NCBI RefSeq assembly: GCF_022045235.1
Contig: NW_027266275.1
Coordinates: forward strand, 65,224,001 to 65,288,000
DNA: 64,000 nt
DNA from: Haliotis cracherodii
Taxonomy: Eukaryota
Direction: 5' to 3'
Below the pieces are notes generated by a model. The model was not told where the DNA came from. It worked only from the letters and a program-made list of their open reading frames with translations, and searched no databases. Position numbers and translations under genes: made by a program. The first letter of the stretch is position 1, and every line of letters starts with the position of its first letter. This document shows positions 1 through 12,696 of this stretch, in pieces.

Positions 1-619
1 GGTATCACGCTTTCTTAAAATGTACAAATTCTAGTTTCTTCCTATATTCGAACCACACTCCAAAAATGAGGCATCTAATCACCAGCACACAAGGTCAGCG
101 ATCTAACCCAATCAAGCACCGAGGCTTCCATAAAGTGAAACTGAAAGTTTCCGACAACTGATAGTATAGATCACTTAATTTGTGTGCTAACGATCAGGTA
201 CCTAACTCTGAGAGTGTGTGTACGAATCCCAGACGGGACTCAACCAACAAAAAGTACTAGAATATGTACTTGTTAAGAAAGTGTGATCCCAAACATAGCA
301 TTTGTTGCCTTTCACTTCTATAAAGCATTGTGCATTCATGAAAATAATGTTGGTAAGCCTCAGCATGGACCTTGAGTATTAAGAGCAGTAGGATATGAAC
401 AATGTGGGAAGCCCAGTCTTCATGTGATACTTTAACATAGACTAATGACAATCGTAGTGCTACGATCGCTTTGTGGACCTAAAATATCATAAGAAAGTCG
501 GTAAATAATAGCATATTTTGGAAAGAATATACTTATTTTAACAGTTACAGAATAGACCTACAGTGTACCTACAGTAATATCATTCTACAAACGAGATACC
601 ATCATAATGTGCTACGTAC

Positions 620-868
620 CCCCGCTTTGGAAACGTTGAAATCAGCGTTCTCATCTTCCATCAGATAGAAGACTTTGCCAAAGTCTCCACTGTCGGAGTC
701 GGTTGCAGTCACATCCCCAACTATCTTCCCCAGAGAGGCGTCCTCAGAGATGTTGAAGTTGTAGGTGTCGTTGAACACCGGGGAGTTGTCGTTCGTGTCG
801 ATGATGTGCACGAGGACGTCCACGGTGCTCGACCGCCTCTCCTGGGTCCTGCTTTCTCTCGCCACAAT
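620..868 (-). CDS. Cadherin A exon 14
   Basis: IVARES...IIDTNDNSPVF...ATDSDSGDFG...SKAG|gtacgt. Confidence 0.9.
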
Positions 869-3800
869 CTGTATTGACATCAACTTGCTTTACAGCATAT
901 GTCGTGATTGTGTTACGGTAGACTTGAATCATTACCAGCAGACGTAATTCAATAATAACCTTCCGTTATTGGGTCAACAAGATAAGTAAACAAGATACAT
1001 AAATGCGCTGTCATGTCACTGGATCGGAGTTTCTGTCCAAGACTCGTTGGTTACAGGTCGCTATCGTATGATAGGGATACAGCTTTTTATGCTTACTTGC
1101 TTTTAATGCAAATTGTGTGAGTGGCGCTGCTACCGGTGCAGGAGGATATGCTTACCTTTTCAGCGAACACCTGGTGTCATCACTGATTCACATATTTTTT
1201 CACAACTATTTTGCCTTTTACCCCGAGTAGAATCTGTTTCGGCGATTTTATAGGTCATTGAAGGTTTATTGTTTATAAAAAAAAGACACGGATCAGACAG
1301 ATAATCCTAATTTTAAGATAATAATTATATCTATATTTTTTGTTTTTATTTATATTTACAAATATAATTAGTTTAATTAACAGAGTTATAACTACGATTT
1401 AGAGTAGTTCCTTCTAATATTATCACTTGCAATATAACATAGCATCAAATCTGCAATCAATTTACGGAATTTGGGGGTAAACTTTTGACACGAAATATGG
1501 AACTTGATCGTAGCTTATTTTGAACCAAATATAGAATGATGCTATCTTACCTCAGCCTTGATGCTGTGCTATGTTACCTGGAGTCTGACGTGGTATATTA
1601 CATGTAACATCATGCTGTGCTGTGTTACCTGGAGCCTGATGCTGTTGTTTATTATATGTAACACCATGTTGTGTGGTATGTTACCTGCATCCTGATGCTG
1701 TGGTATATGATATAATGATGTTGTATGTTACTTTGAACCGGAAGCTGTGGTATGTTATCTGTAACATCATGCTGTGCTCTATTACCTTGAAGCTGGTGCT
1801 GCGGTATATTACATGTAACATCACGCTGTGGTATGTTACATGGTACCTGGTGCTATGATATATTATCTGTAACATGATCCTGTGGTATATTATCTGTAAC
1901 ATCATGCTGTGATATAATATATTATAAGTAACATCGTGCTGTTGTATAATACATATAACATCATGCTGTGGTATGTTACATGGTACCTGGTGCTATGATA
2001 TATTATCTGTAACATCATGTTGTGGTATATTATCTGTAACATCATGCTGTGGTATATTATCTGTAACATCATGCTGTGGTATATTATATGTAACATCATG
2101 CTGTGGTATATTATATGTAACATCATGCTGTGGTATATTATCTGTAACATCATGCTGTGGTATATTATCTGTAACATCATGCTGTGGTATATTATATGTA
2201 ACATCATGCTGTGGTATATTATCTGTAACATCATGCTGTGGTATATTATCTGTAACATCATGCTGTGGTATATTATCTGTAACATCATGCTGTGATATAT
2301 TATCTGTAACATCATGCTGTGGTATATTATCTGTACAATCATGCTGTGGTATATTATCTGTACAATCATGCTGTGGTATATTATATGTAACATCATGCTG
2401 TGGTATATTATATGTAACATCACGCTGTGTTATATTATCTGTAACATCATGCTGTGGTATATTATCTGTAACATCATGCTGTGGTATATTATCTGTAACA
2501 CCATGCTGTGGTATATTATCTGTTACATCATGTTGTTGTATGCTACCTGGAAGCTGATGTTGTCATGTTGTTCATAGTCCAGGACCTGTGTGTTGTTCAC
2601 ACGTAGCGTGACGTTTGTTCTGGACACCGGTTCACCTCTTCCCGGGATTGTGTCGAAGTCCATATATGGTGATCCGTTCTGCTCTACAGACAGCTCGAAC
2701 ACATTGTTATCCACGGTCTGGAAATAGTTAATGTAATCAGATCTAACAATAAATCATTGAATCATTGAACAGTATCCATTCACACCAAGCCATCATTTCA
2801 TGCTTTGGCGGGAATTCGTAACATGTCTTTTCGTCTCTAACAAGACGCAAATTCCACTACTTTGAATCTCCTGAGCGCGTCTTTGGCGTCGCCAGCATAG
2901 CCCCCTCCGGCGTCCTTTTCCCACACCCACTCATTCACTCCGAGCTTGTGGTCCACTCACCATGTCAATGTCCTTCACCTCTATGACGCCTTCTATGCTG
3001 AGGGGGACTCCAACAGGGGTGTTTTCTAGAACAGTAGCGTTAATGATGCTGGAGGAGAACTTTGGGCAGTTGTCGTTGACGTCAAGGATGGTGACGGTGA
3101 CGTGAGTGACGGTACTGGCGTCTCCTCCTTGGGTCTGGTTGTCAGTGACGATCTCTGACGCCTGCAGCATAACACTCACTCTACACATGTGATTACACGT
3201 ACTTCTGTTTCAAAAGTCTCTCCATGAAAGAAGATGTGATACAAGGATGCCCAATCGTTATTATAAAAAAATCTCTGAACCCACACAAGCTATATTGGTA
3301 TTTATACTAAATAATCATCTTTTTCATAAAGAGATACGTGTAAAGGTGTAATTAATTTCCGTAAGTTTGTTCAGACATATTTATTCAGTTTACCAAAGGG
3401 TACAAGATTTAGATTCTAAATATAGATTATACATCTATGTCAAGCTATAACGCCAACCATCTGTGTATCATGTATGTACATATGCAGGTACGTGATGTAT
3501 ATAGCTGTATCAATGGGAACTTATCAACCTAGGAATAGTGAATAAGCATCAATGCAGTAACGTCGTGGATCACGTTACACGTGTTTCAAAGTAGCATATT
3601 GTGTTTCACTGGAGAGCTAGATCGCCTGGTTATTTAACAGCGTTGAATTGAATTAATCGGAACCTTGCCGGGGTGCCATGTTCTGATGTTGCCTGGGACT
3701 GAACTGAATTTGGAACTGAAAGAGCAACCAAAAGTGCCAAATTACAAGCTGTCTCTGTGTGGTTCCTGAAGCTACATTCTCTTAGTAGATACCTGTGTTG

Positions 3801-6460
3801 TCCCCTGTCCAAAATATATAGCCACACATACACTGAATATTGTTGTAACCACAGATCAGATCTGCACTTTGTAACCTATAATCATACATACCATTATTCA
3901 ACTCAAACCTCCCGTCAATGATTAACAAAGAAGTGCCCTTTGCGCTCCCACGAGTAATGCGGCCGTCAGCTGTTCTAATCTGTGGAGGTCATTGTGATTT
4001 GAAATTGAAATTCTGGTTGACCAATCAGAACCGTGTATTTTCCAAATTCATGGTAGAATATCTGATATGGTACTAGTTCATTGTTATATCATTTGTCATA
4101 TAACATTGTGTGGAATCTTACATTAACTTGGAATGATAAGACTCCACCCTTCTGTTTCATATCGTCAGAGTCAGTGTCAAGTGGTTGTGCCGTTTCGATG
4201 AGGCCGCTTTCATTGTTCATGGTGAGGTTGTCGGTGTAGGCGGCGTTGTCTGAAATAATATACAACACAAATCTGCACTTGTGTGAAATTTGCACAAACG
4301 CCATATACCTACACAGTCTGATACAGTTAGTCTACACAGTCTGATACAGTCTACACAGCCTGACGCAACTAATGGAATATGAATACCTCAAAGCGTACAT
4401 GTCAGACTTCAATTACCAGAGCATAAAGAGGAGAACAAGTTACTGACCATCTACAATCCAGTAATTGAGATCATTCGGGACGCCTATGTCCCCGTCAAAG
4501 GCTTGTACAAGCAGAACAGAAGTGCCCTGTAATACAAGTAAAGAACGTACTATCACTACATAATTCTGCTCTCTGCCCAAAGTAAACACATTCATAATTT
4601 TTGTTCTCGGCAATACACTGATTAATGTATTGTAGATATTGAATACCCTGATACCTGCATATACGTATGGGCATTCGCTATAATACTATCAACTACAAAC
4701 ATATCATGTACCTGTATCTTGATACTTTATGTTCTGTCCCCTTCGCATGAAACTGATATTCCCCATTAAAACATACATTTACCATATTTGATGTTGTACG
4801 ACAAGCAACGTGTTGACTGTTGTCATCATGTTTCTATTTCATATAAATATCGTCATCTGAGGAAATAAATACTTACGAGTGTGGCGTTCTCATAAACTTG
4901 TCGTATGTACGGCAGGTTCGTAAAGACGGGAGAAGTGTCTTGGACATCTTGGACTGTGACGAAGAAGTCGACTGGATCAGCATGGTTCTCACCAAGAGAT
5001 TCATCTGGGTTGGCGTCCTGAAGACACGTAGTACAAGTGAGAGTTATTTGTTTGTTTGTTGTTTAACGCCGAACTCGGCAATATTCCAGCTATATGACGG
5101 CGGTCTGTAAATAATCGAGTCTGGACCAAGCAATCCAGTGATTGATATCATGGGCATCGATCTACGCAATTGGGATACGATGACGTTTATCAACCAAGTC
5201 AGCGAGCCTGACCACCCATAGTCGCCTTTTATGGCAAGCATGGGTTGCTGAAGACATATTCCACCCCGGATCTTCACGGATCGGCTTCATTGCGGATTCG
5301 TTAGAAGAAGTATTTCGTCATAAGTACTTTTTCTGAGTAGAAACTGTACATCAAAAACTAGGGAGAAAAGTACATCTGCTTCGTGAATAATTGCGAAAGC
5401 ACTCAACCATAACACTAATTTTCCGTTTACTTTCTTTTTGGTTAACTAAAGTTTAAACCTGAAAGCAAAATAAATAACGATGCACTATCGCAGGCCACGC
5501 GACACAACAGGCAAGAAAAATGATAATTAAACGTAATCGACTCTCCAAGGTGGGAACATTTTTTATGTCATGAATGTTCTTCGATTTAAAGAAAAAGCAA
5601 ATCACTATTTACCCATGCCTGGACATCGTATTGATAGAAAGTCCTTTTCTCGTAGTCCAGACTTTCATTCTGGATAATATGGCCATGCCTTGGATCCACA
5701 TAGAATGTGTATTTATAGTCATCGGCGTTCTGAAATCAGTATCATTTTTATTGTACTCTTATGTGTTGTTTTCTATAAAAGCAAAGAGATCACTAAACGA
5801 CAAAGCTTTATGCTGCATTTAAGAAACGTATTTAAATTTCCGAATTTGTAGCTAGTATTTCATAAGAAATAAGGTTAATATTTTATATCATAATAGTTTA
5901 GTGAATATCATTAACACAAACACACCTTGGGGCTCATATAACAAGTGTTCTATGCTTTATGCAACACCTGCTGCTGAAGATATCTGTCAACTTCTGTCAA
6001 CAATATCTGTCAGAATCAATAATATTCGTAGGACATTGATACATATAACATCGAATTGAGTGAGTGAGTGAGTTTAGATTTATAGTCACATCGGCAATAT
6101 TTCAGCCATAGCGAATTGAGTGGTATGGAAAAGTTATAGGTCTAATATGCCGCGGGAAACATGCATCATATATTTCCTTAATCCTCTTCGTTTTACCAGA
6201 AACATAAAATGTGGATTCTCCGTTCTTTACGAAATTGGAATAACAACGAACAAAATAATCATTTTCGGAATTTGTTTTCTCATACGTAGAAATGAAAACA
6301 CATCATAGACGTTATCAGCAGCGGCTCGCATTATGAAACATAATCTGTGCATAGAAGTTGGAAGGAGGAGGGAAAGGGCTTTCGGAGTAAGCAACAGGGT
6401 CACACCCGATAAACTGATTAATTACTCATGACAGTTTATATTAAACATTATAAGTAGTAA

Positions 6461-6535
<75 letters not shown>

Positions 6536-9500
6536 ATTACACTGTTCACTTCATAGTAGGGACGTATCACTAATTATCAAAGAGAAATGCACCTGTCCAA
6601 ATGCCAGCATGGTTGCAAAGGTCAATTCATGTTACCCTCCATCCACGTCAACGTGTACATAGTAGCAGGTACATTGTGTAACATCTGAATATAGGGAACT
6701 TGTTACTGATAAAGTTATGTAAAAGATATTTTTTTAATAAAACAGACCCTGTTCACTCACCTGGCCCTTGGCCTAGAAAAAAGAGAGATCATTTCATTCA
6801 GAGTAAAGCATATATACTGACCGCAAAAGAAACGTCACCATGGATAGATATATGAGACACCTTATTTGTCCAAACACTGTAAACATACTTTGAGACATAT
6901 TAAAAAGGTGAAGCTTGGCAAAAGTTGAAATTAAAGTGTCAAATGATTTGATACAATTTTCTCTGATCATTGATCACTGCATATGAGACAGCTCAAATAA
7001 ATAGTTTAATTAAACTCTTAATTTAGATGGGGGCACTGATCGCCCAGTCGTCTAAGGCGCCGCAATTCTCTGTGTCACTTGTGCACGCCAGAAACCTATA
7101 TTGTGGGTTCGAAGCGCCCCGATTATGTTTCTAGGTTTGTCAGCACCATGCTCGTGGGTTTCACTAAAGTGGTAAACGGGCTTTTCTCCTACATTAAGCT
7201 GACACGCCGTGTTATAACTGGAATACTGTTAAAGGAGGCGTTAAACCCAACTCACTCACTCACTCAACCGATAGAATGAGTTAGGGCGTTGTATTGATGA
7301 CGGAGGACATCCGCAGATAGTTGCAGAACATGAGAAAAAACGTCTTTTTGTGAATAGTTTATGTCGGTTTCTGTGCTTTTGATACACATTAATAGTAATG
7401 TAACAGAATGTTAACTCGCTCCGAGTCGGGTGTCAGTTCGTTATTTCATAACTATACAATACACCAACTTTTTCATTTTTGAAACTTGCTTGAGCCTCGG
7501 ATATCTCACAACGAAGATGAAGGTGTATTTGCCGATAAATCTGCTTGGTAGACCTCGAACAGTATCGGTACACTTTTGTTACAAACATATCTACTATCGG
7601 TCAGCACCTACCTTCAAACCATAGTACACATGACCTCCAATTCCCGAATCAGGGTCCTGTGCTGTAACTGTTGTAGTTGTTGAATTTACTTTAGCAGACT
7701 TGAAACAAACAAAGAGGTCACATGAAGGTTGAAATGATGTAAAAATCCTGTTAACGCGAGGGAGTAAAGCCGCATGGGCAATAATTCATCTTATATCGAC
7801 GTGTTATAGGTATCAACCATTCTAGAATGAGGGTCAAATAACAGTCTCTCGCCACCACTCCATCAAAATCCTGACGCCAATGAATCCACACAAAGAGTAA
7901 ATTACTATGTAAAAGTACAGAAAGGTGTTGGAGGAGATGGTGTTTAACCAACCTGCATAAATATGGTACATCTATAACGGATATGACACAAGGTATATAA
8001 TCATGTAAAGGATGTTTAACCTGCTCTTCCAATCATACCAGTATAACGGAGATGACACCAGGTATATTATGAACATGATGCCTAACCTGCACATCCAATC
8101 ATGCAATATAACGGCGATAACACCAGCTGTTCGTGAAGGGGATGTTTAACTTCACTTCCAATGGTGTCAATATTACCACGACAAAGGTGATGACACCAGG
8201 TGTTCGTGAAGGAGCTGTTAACTTTCACTTCCAATGGTGTCAATATTACAACGATAAAGGTGATGACACCAGATGTTCGTGAAGGAGCTGTTAACTTTCA
8301 CTTCCAATGATGTCAATATTACCACGATAAAGGTGATGGCACCTGGTGATTGTGTAATCATGTTTAACCTGAACTTTCATCAAGTGTACCAATATTCTAT
8401 TCAGTTGGGTCCCAGTCTCCTACCTCCATCACGGTGACCCTGTAGCCGGTCTGGGTGAACACCGGTTTCTCGTCGTTCACGTCCACGATGATGAGGGTGA
8501 CCCTCGCGGACACCTGCACAGACATATCATTATAGAGAGTCAGTATAGAGAGTCAGTAGAGAGAGTCAGTATAGAGAGTCAGAATAGAGAGTCAGTAGAG
8601 AGGGTCAGTAGAGAGAGTCAGCATAGAGAGTCAGTAGAGAGAGTCAGTATAGAGAGTCCATATATACAGTGGAGGTAACAGAGTAACGAACATCATTTTC
8701 AATTTATCTGAAACAAGTATATGAATACACACGGAAATCTTTCTGCATGCTGTGTAGTTTTTGTCAATTTTTCAGATTAAGAAAGAGCTATTTAAACGTT
8801 TGGTTACCACAGTTTTGAAAAGTATTGTAGTCATATTAAGCCACTTTGTTGAAACCCACTATCACGCGTAAAAATTGTTAAAGCAGCAGTAAAACTGATA
8901 AAGGTATGTGTGTAGTATGTGTGAGTTCGTTGTCGAATGTCTGCATTAATATTTCTTTCGATTAATCCGAGGTTAAAAAAACTATATTACCTCATATATG
9001 CCGTCCGAGGCAAAGAATGTAAGAGCCTTTGTGGAACCATCCTGCAAAAGATGTTCATGATATAATTCACCAAACAAGAGAGAGGTGGACGTGAGTATGG
9101 TTTTACGTCGCTTTTAGCAATATTCCAGCACTATCACGGCGGGGGACACCAGAAATGGGCCTCACACAGAGATGCTTGGAAGGGAGCAGTGTCACTCCAA
9201 CATGAGGTAGGTCTGTGAGCTTTCATATTTTGTGATTTTATCACATACCAAGCACTACCCCGTGTATAATTAATAATATAAGACATTACGACAAGATTAA
9301 GATCGTCCATCATATATACTCGTGAATCGAGCGAGAGCTCCTGCTTGATTCACAATTTCGGCCATGTGACGGCGTACAAGCTTAGCTAAGGAAGAAAGAA
9401 AGAACTTACACAGTTCGAATGAAAGAACAATAATAATACACACAAAAATTATATTTCGACCTTCATATCTACAGAAGCAGAAAAAGTAACAATTATGATT

Positions 9501-12500
9501 CTGCTTTTTCATGCTTCCTGTTGGGCAGGATACGCTCACCTTTCCCGAGCCCCTGGTTTCATCACAGATTTAAGGGAGGGTTTAAACGGATCAGTCATTA
9601 ATGAACGTGTAGCCCCTGGTCGGGTTGCAGACACTTCGTTACCAACTCGTGTTATTCCGGGGCAAGCCGAATTGCAGGTTACGGTAAGGGGCGAGTGGTG
9701 ACGAATGGGTTGCAGAGTTCCAACTTTAATGACTGGAGGCTGAGGCCGGACATACTCATGCTGCGGTTTGGTAAATGCTTCCAAAGGGTTTTCTTCAGGG
9801 ACTGATGTGGTCTGGTGAACCGGCCAGACCTTGGTTATGAATTGATTAAGCTGTGGATATGTTTCTTTGTGGTCTTTAGATTAGACGTGGAAGTGGCTTG
9901 TAGCCAACTTTTACTGTTACCTATACGTTTTGTGGTATACTGGTATTGTTATCAATAAATAGTTTCAAAAATGTTGTTAGCTTCGCAATACACTAGTCTG
10001 ACTAATTGAACCGCCGATGTTCCATTTGTGACACACAACATCGCATTGCTGAACTGTGCGTTTTGATTTGCAAGCGACGTCAGATTTGTTGAGACAGAGT
10101 ACTTGAGTTCGGCTCGTGTGGTAGGTGAACATAATGAGTGGGTGATTATTTTTTTACGCCGTTTTGGCAATCTTGTATCCATTCACTGTGATAAACATTG
10201 TGAAAAATGGATCAAAAAGCATCTTGTGTCGAGCTGTTCTGTGTGTTCCTGATATGTCCGGGTAAACAGGGTGAGGGTATAGATGAGCCTACAATTGCAC
10301 TCTGTCGACTATTTTGAAGGATATCGACTGATGTAGACTTACCGTTTCTCTGTCGAGTCGATTGTTTAGTAGCACCGACGCGTGCCTAGTGTTGCCGTCG
10401 ACTGTAATGTTCTCCAGTCTGACGATATGACTGACTTCAGCCGATCTGATGTCCAGCACAGGCGGCCTGTCATCGTCACTGGCGCTTATGTTGAACAGGA
10501 CGGAACCTGTGTTCACCAAACACAATGACAATATGACCATCAGTATATTGTGGTGGGGAATCTATACAAGACACCCGTTTTGGAAGTATCACCAATCCGT
10601 TTACGAATTTGAGACTATTCAATGTGACTGTCCCATGCGACTGATCCTTAATAACAAAATATAGCTGAACTAACCAAACAGGAATCTTCATACATTTGAT
10701 GATAAATTCATGATCAACTGCACTAAACAAAACAAATCACTTTCCAGGATATTTATTGGTCCCTTCAAGACATGTTGGTGTGTATTGTGGTAAACCAAAT
10801 TGTACAAATTGCAAATCTTCAAAAGATCCACGTACGAAGCACATCTCAGCAAACATTGACACCATTGAATCTTTGAAAAACGTACAAGGAAGTTTTACAT
10901 AACTCTTTACATGTACACTGTGATCAAGAGGGATAGTTGCACATTTGCGTTGGTAACAATTGTAGAACTATAAGAAATGAAATGAATATTAATTGTTCAA
11001 GGTTACTTTTTATACTATTTTTGAGATGTTGCTAGTTGTAGTATCCAACTCCTATTATAGATCTTAGCGCTGAATTTGAGCACTTGAAATACTCACCAGG
11101 GGGCGTGTCTTCCGACACCTGTACGAGGCTCTGTACAATGATGATGGGTGGAACATTTGCCTCCCCTGACAAGACAGATGAAGTCACCAAAGTACAAGTT
11201 ATAGGCATTCAGTAATAGTTAGTACAGTCGTGGACATCAGTTTCTATAGTATATACAGTGGAGGTCACCAGTGTCTACAGTATATACAGTGGAGGCCATC
11301 AGTGTCTACACTATATAAAGTGGAGGTCACCAGTGTCTACACTATATCCAGTGGATGTCATCAGTGTTTACAGTATATACAGTGGGGGTCATCAGTGTCT
11401 ATAGTATATACAATGGAGGTCATCGGAGTCTACAGTATATACAGTGGAGGTCACCAGTGTCTACAGTATATACAGTGGAGGCCATCAGTGTCTACAGTAT
11501 ATACAGTGGAGGTCATCAATGTCTACAGTACAGACAGTGGAGTTCTTCAGTGTCTACAATTTATACAGTGGAGGTCATCAGTGTCTACACTATATAAAGT
11601 GGAGGTCACCAGTGTCTACACTATATCCAGTGGAGGTCATCAGTGTCTACAGTATATACAGTGGAGGTCATCAGTGTCTACAGTATATACAATGGATGTC
11701 ATCAGTGTCTACGGTATATACAGTGGATGTCATCAGTGTCTATAGTATATACAGTGGATGTCATCAGTGTCTACAGTATATACAGTGGAGGTCAGCAGTG
11801 TCTACAGTATATACAGTAGGGGTCATCATTGTCTACAGTATATACAGTGGATGTCATCAATGTCTACAGTATATACATTGGGGGTCATCATTGTCTACAG
11901 TATATACAGTGGAGGTCATCAGTGTCTACAGTATATACAGTGGAGGTCATCAGTGTCTACAGTATATACAGTGGAGGTCAGCAGTGTCTACAGTATATAC
12001 AGTGGATGTCATCAGTGTCTACAATATATACAGTGGCAGTCATCAGTGTCTACAGTATATACAGTATAGGTCATCAGTGTCTACAGTATATACAGTGGAG
12101 GTCATCAGTGTTTGCAGTATATACAGTGGATATCATCAGTGTCTATAGTATATACAGTGGAGGTCATCAGTGTCTACAGTATATACAGTGGAGGTCATCA
12201 GTGCTTGCAGTAAATACAGTTAAGGTCATCAGTGTCTATAGTATATACAATGGAGGCCATCGGTGTCTACAGTATATACAGTGGAGGTCATCAGTGTCTA
12301 CAGTATATACAGTGGAGGTTATCAATGTCTACAGTATATACATTGGAGGTCATTAGTGTCTACAGTATATACAGTTGAGGTTATCAATGTCTACAGTATA
12401 TACGGTGGATGTCATCAGTGTCTACAGTATATACAGTTGAGGTTATCAGTGTCTACAGTATGTACAGTGGAGGTCATCAGTGTCTACAGTACATACAGTG

Positions 12501-12696
12501 GAGGTCATCAGTTCCTACAGTATTTTTAATGGAGGTCATCAGTGTCAATAGTTATATAGTGTTTGTTATCTAAGAATTATTTGACACATCAATATTTGGT
12601 TTAGTTAGTTTTGTTGCATATTAGTGGACTGGAGGTGACGATTAACCTACCTTCGTGTATGCAGTATAGCACTGCGACCAGCAAGATGAAGTTCAT
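620..12696 (-). CDS. Cadherin A: Cad87A/CDH23-like cadherin, 5' part (signal peptide, EC1-EC4, start of EC5); continues beyond window start
   Basis: 14 exons with GT/AG ends and consistent phase: 12696-12651, 11165-11097, 10506-10343, 9041-8991, 8513-8424, 7698-7612, 6772-6761, 5729-5613, 5017-4877, 4526-4448, 4249-4122, 3161-2961, 2717-2547, 868-620. Cadherin motifs LDRET, DVNDEKP, LDYE, DVQDTSP, DVNDNCP, DTNDNSP, ATDSD. The N-terminal NVPP and the EC2 DVQD motif resemble the CDH23/Cad87A group (family call from recalled motifs). Confidence 0.9.
1547..2565. repeat. 27-bp minisatellite overlapping the cadherin A exon 13 donor
   Basis: Unit catcatgctgtggtatattatctgtaa. Confidence 0.95.
2547..2717 (-). 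CDS. Cadherin A exon 13
   Basis: TVDNNVFELSV...VLDYEQHDNISFQ|gtagc. Confidence 0.88.
2961..3161 (-). CDS. Cadherin A exon 12
   Basis: ASEIV...ILDVNDNCPKF...VKDIDM|gtgagt. Confidence 0.92.
4122..4249 (-). CDS. Cadherin A exon 11
   Basis: DNAAYTDNLTMNNESGLIETAQPLDTD...SFQVN|gtaag. Confidence 0.9.
4448..4526 (-). CDS. Cadherin A exon 10
   Basis: GTSVLLVQAFDGDIGVPNDLNYWIVD, 79 nt, phase 0-1. Confidence 0.9.
4877..5017 (-). CDS. Cadherin A exon 9
   Basis: DANPDES...VQDVQDTSPVFTNLPYIRQVYENATL|gtaagt. Confidence 0.9.
5037..5280 (-). mobile_element. SINE family B (probably Nin-domain type)
   Basis: ccatgcttgcc(g/a)taaaaggcgact core and (CAAA)n tail; recurs across the window. Confidence 0.8.
5613..5729 (-). 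CDS. Cadherin A exon 8
   Basis: NADDYKYTFYVDPRHGHIIQNESLDYEKRTFYQYDVQAW, 117 nt. Confidence 0.9.
6452..6534. repeat. (TAG)n microsatellite
   Basis: Seen directly. Confidence 0.97.
6761..6772 (-). CDS. Cadherin A 12-nt micro-exon (AKGQ)
   Basis: Pyrimidine tract ending tttctag|GCCAAGGGCCAG|gtgagt; phase 0-0. Confidence 0.65.
7029..7267 (+). mobile_element. SINE family D (tRNA-Leu-like head)
   Basis: cccagtcgtctaaggcgccg...gtgggttcgaa; (CACT)n tail. Confidence 0.8.
7612..7698 (-). CDS. Cadherin A exon 6
   Basis: SAKVNSTTTTVTAQDPDSGIGGHVYYGLK, 87 nt, aag acceptor. Confidence 0.85.
7960..8380. repeat. Imperfect tandem repeat of ~70 bp
   Basis: Recurrent ttaac(t/c)t..acttccaat...gatgacaccaggtgttcgtgaagg. 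Confidence 0.75.
8424..8513 (-). CDS. Cadherin A exon 5
   Basis: VSARVTLIIVDVNDEKPVFTQTGYRVTVME, 90 nt. Confidence 0.9.
8531..8658. repeat. 13-bp minisatellite
   Basis: (agagagtcagtat/g)n next to the exon 5 acceptor. Confidence 0.9.
8991..9041 (-). CDS. Cadherin A exon 4
   Basis: DGSTKALTFFASDGIYE, 51 nt, same size as paralogue exon 51383-51433. Confidence 0.85.
10343..10506 (-). CDS. Cadherin A exon 3 (EC1)
   Basis: GSVLFNISASDDD...NRLDRET|gtaag. Confidence 0.9.
11097..11165 (-). CDS. Cadherin A exon 2
   Basis: cag|...GEANVPPIIIVQSLVQVSEDTPP|gtgagt, phase 1-1. Confidence 0.85.
11230..12548. repeat. 31-bp minisatellite filling most of cadherin A coding intron 1
   Basis: Unit ggaggtcatcagtgtctacagtatatacagt. 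Confidence 0.95.
12651..12696 (-). CDS. Cadherin A first coding exon (signal peptide)
   Basis: ATG at 12696, MNFILLVAVLYCIHE-G, donor G|gtaggt; an upstream acceptor (ttttgcag) suggests an earlier non-coding exon. Confidence 0.8.
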
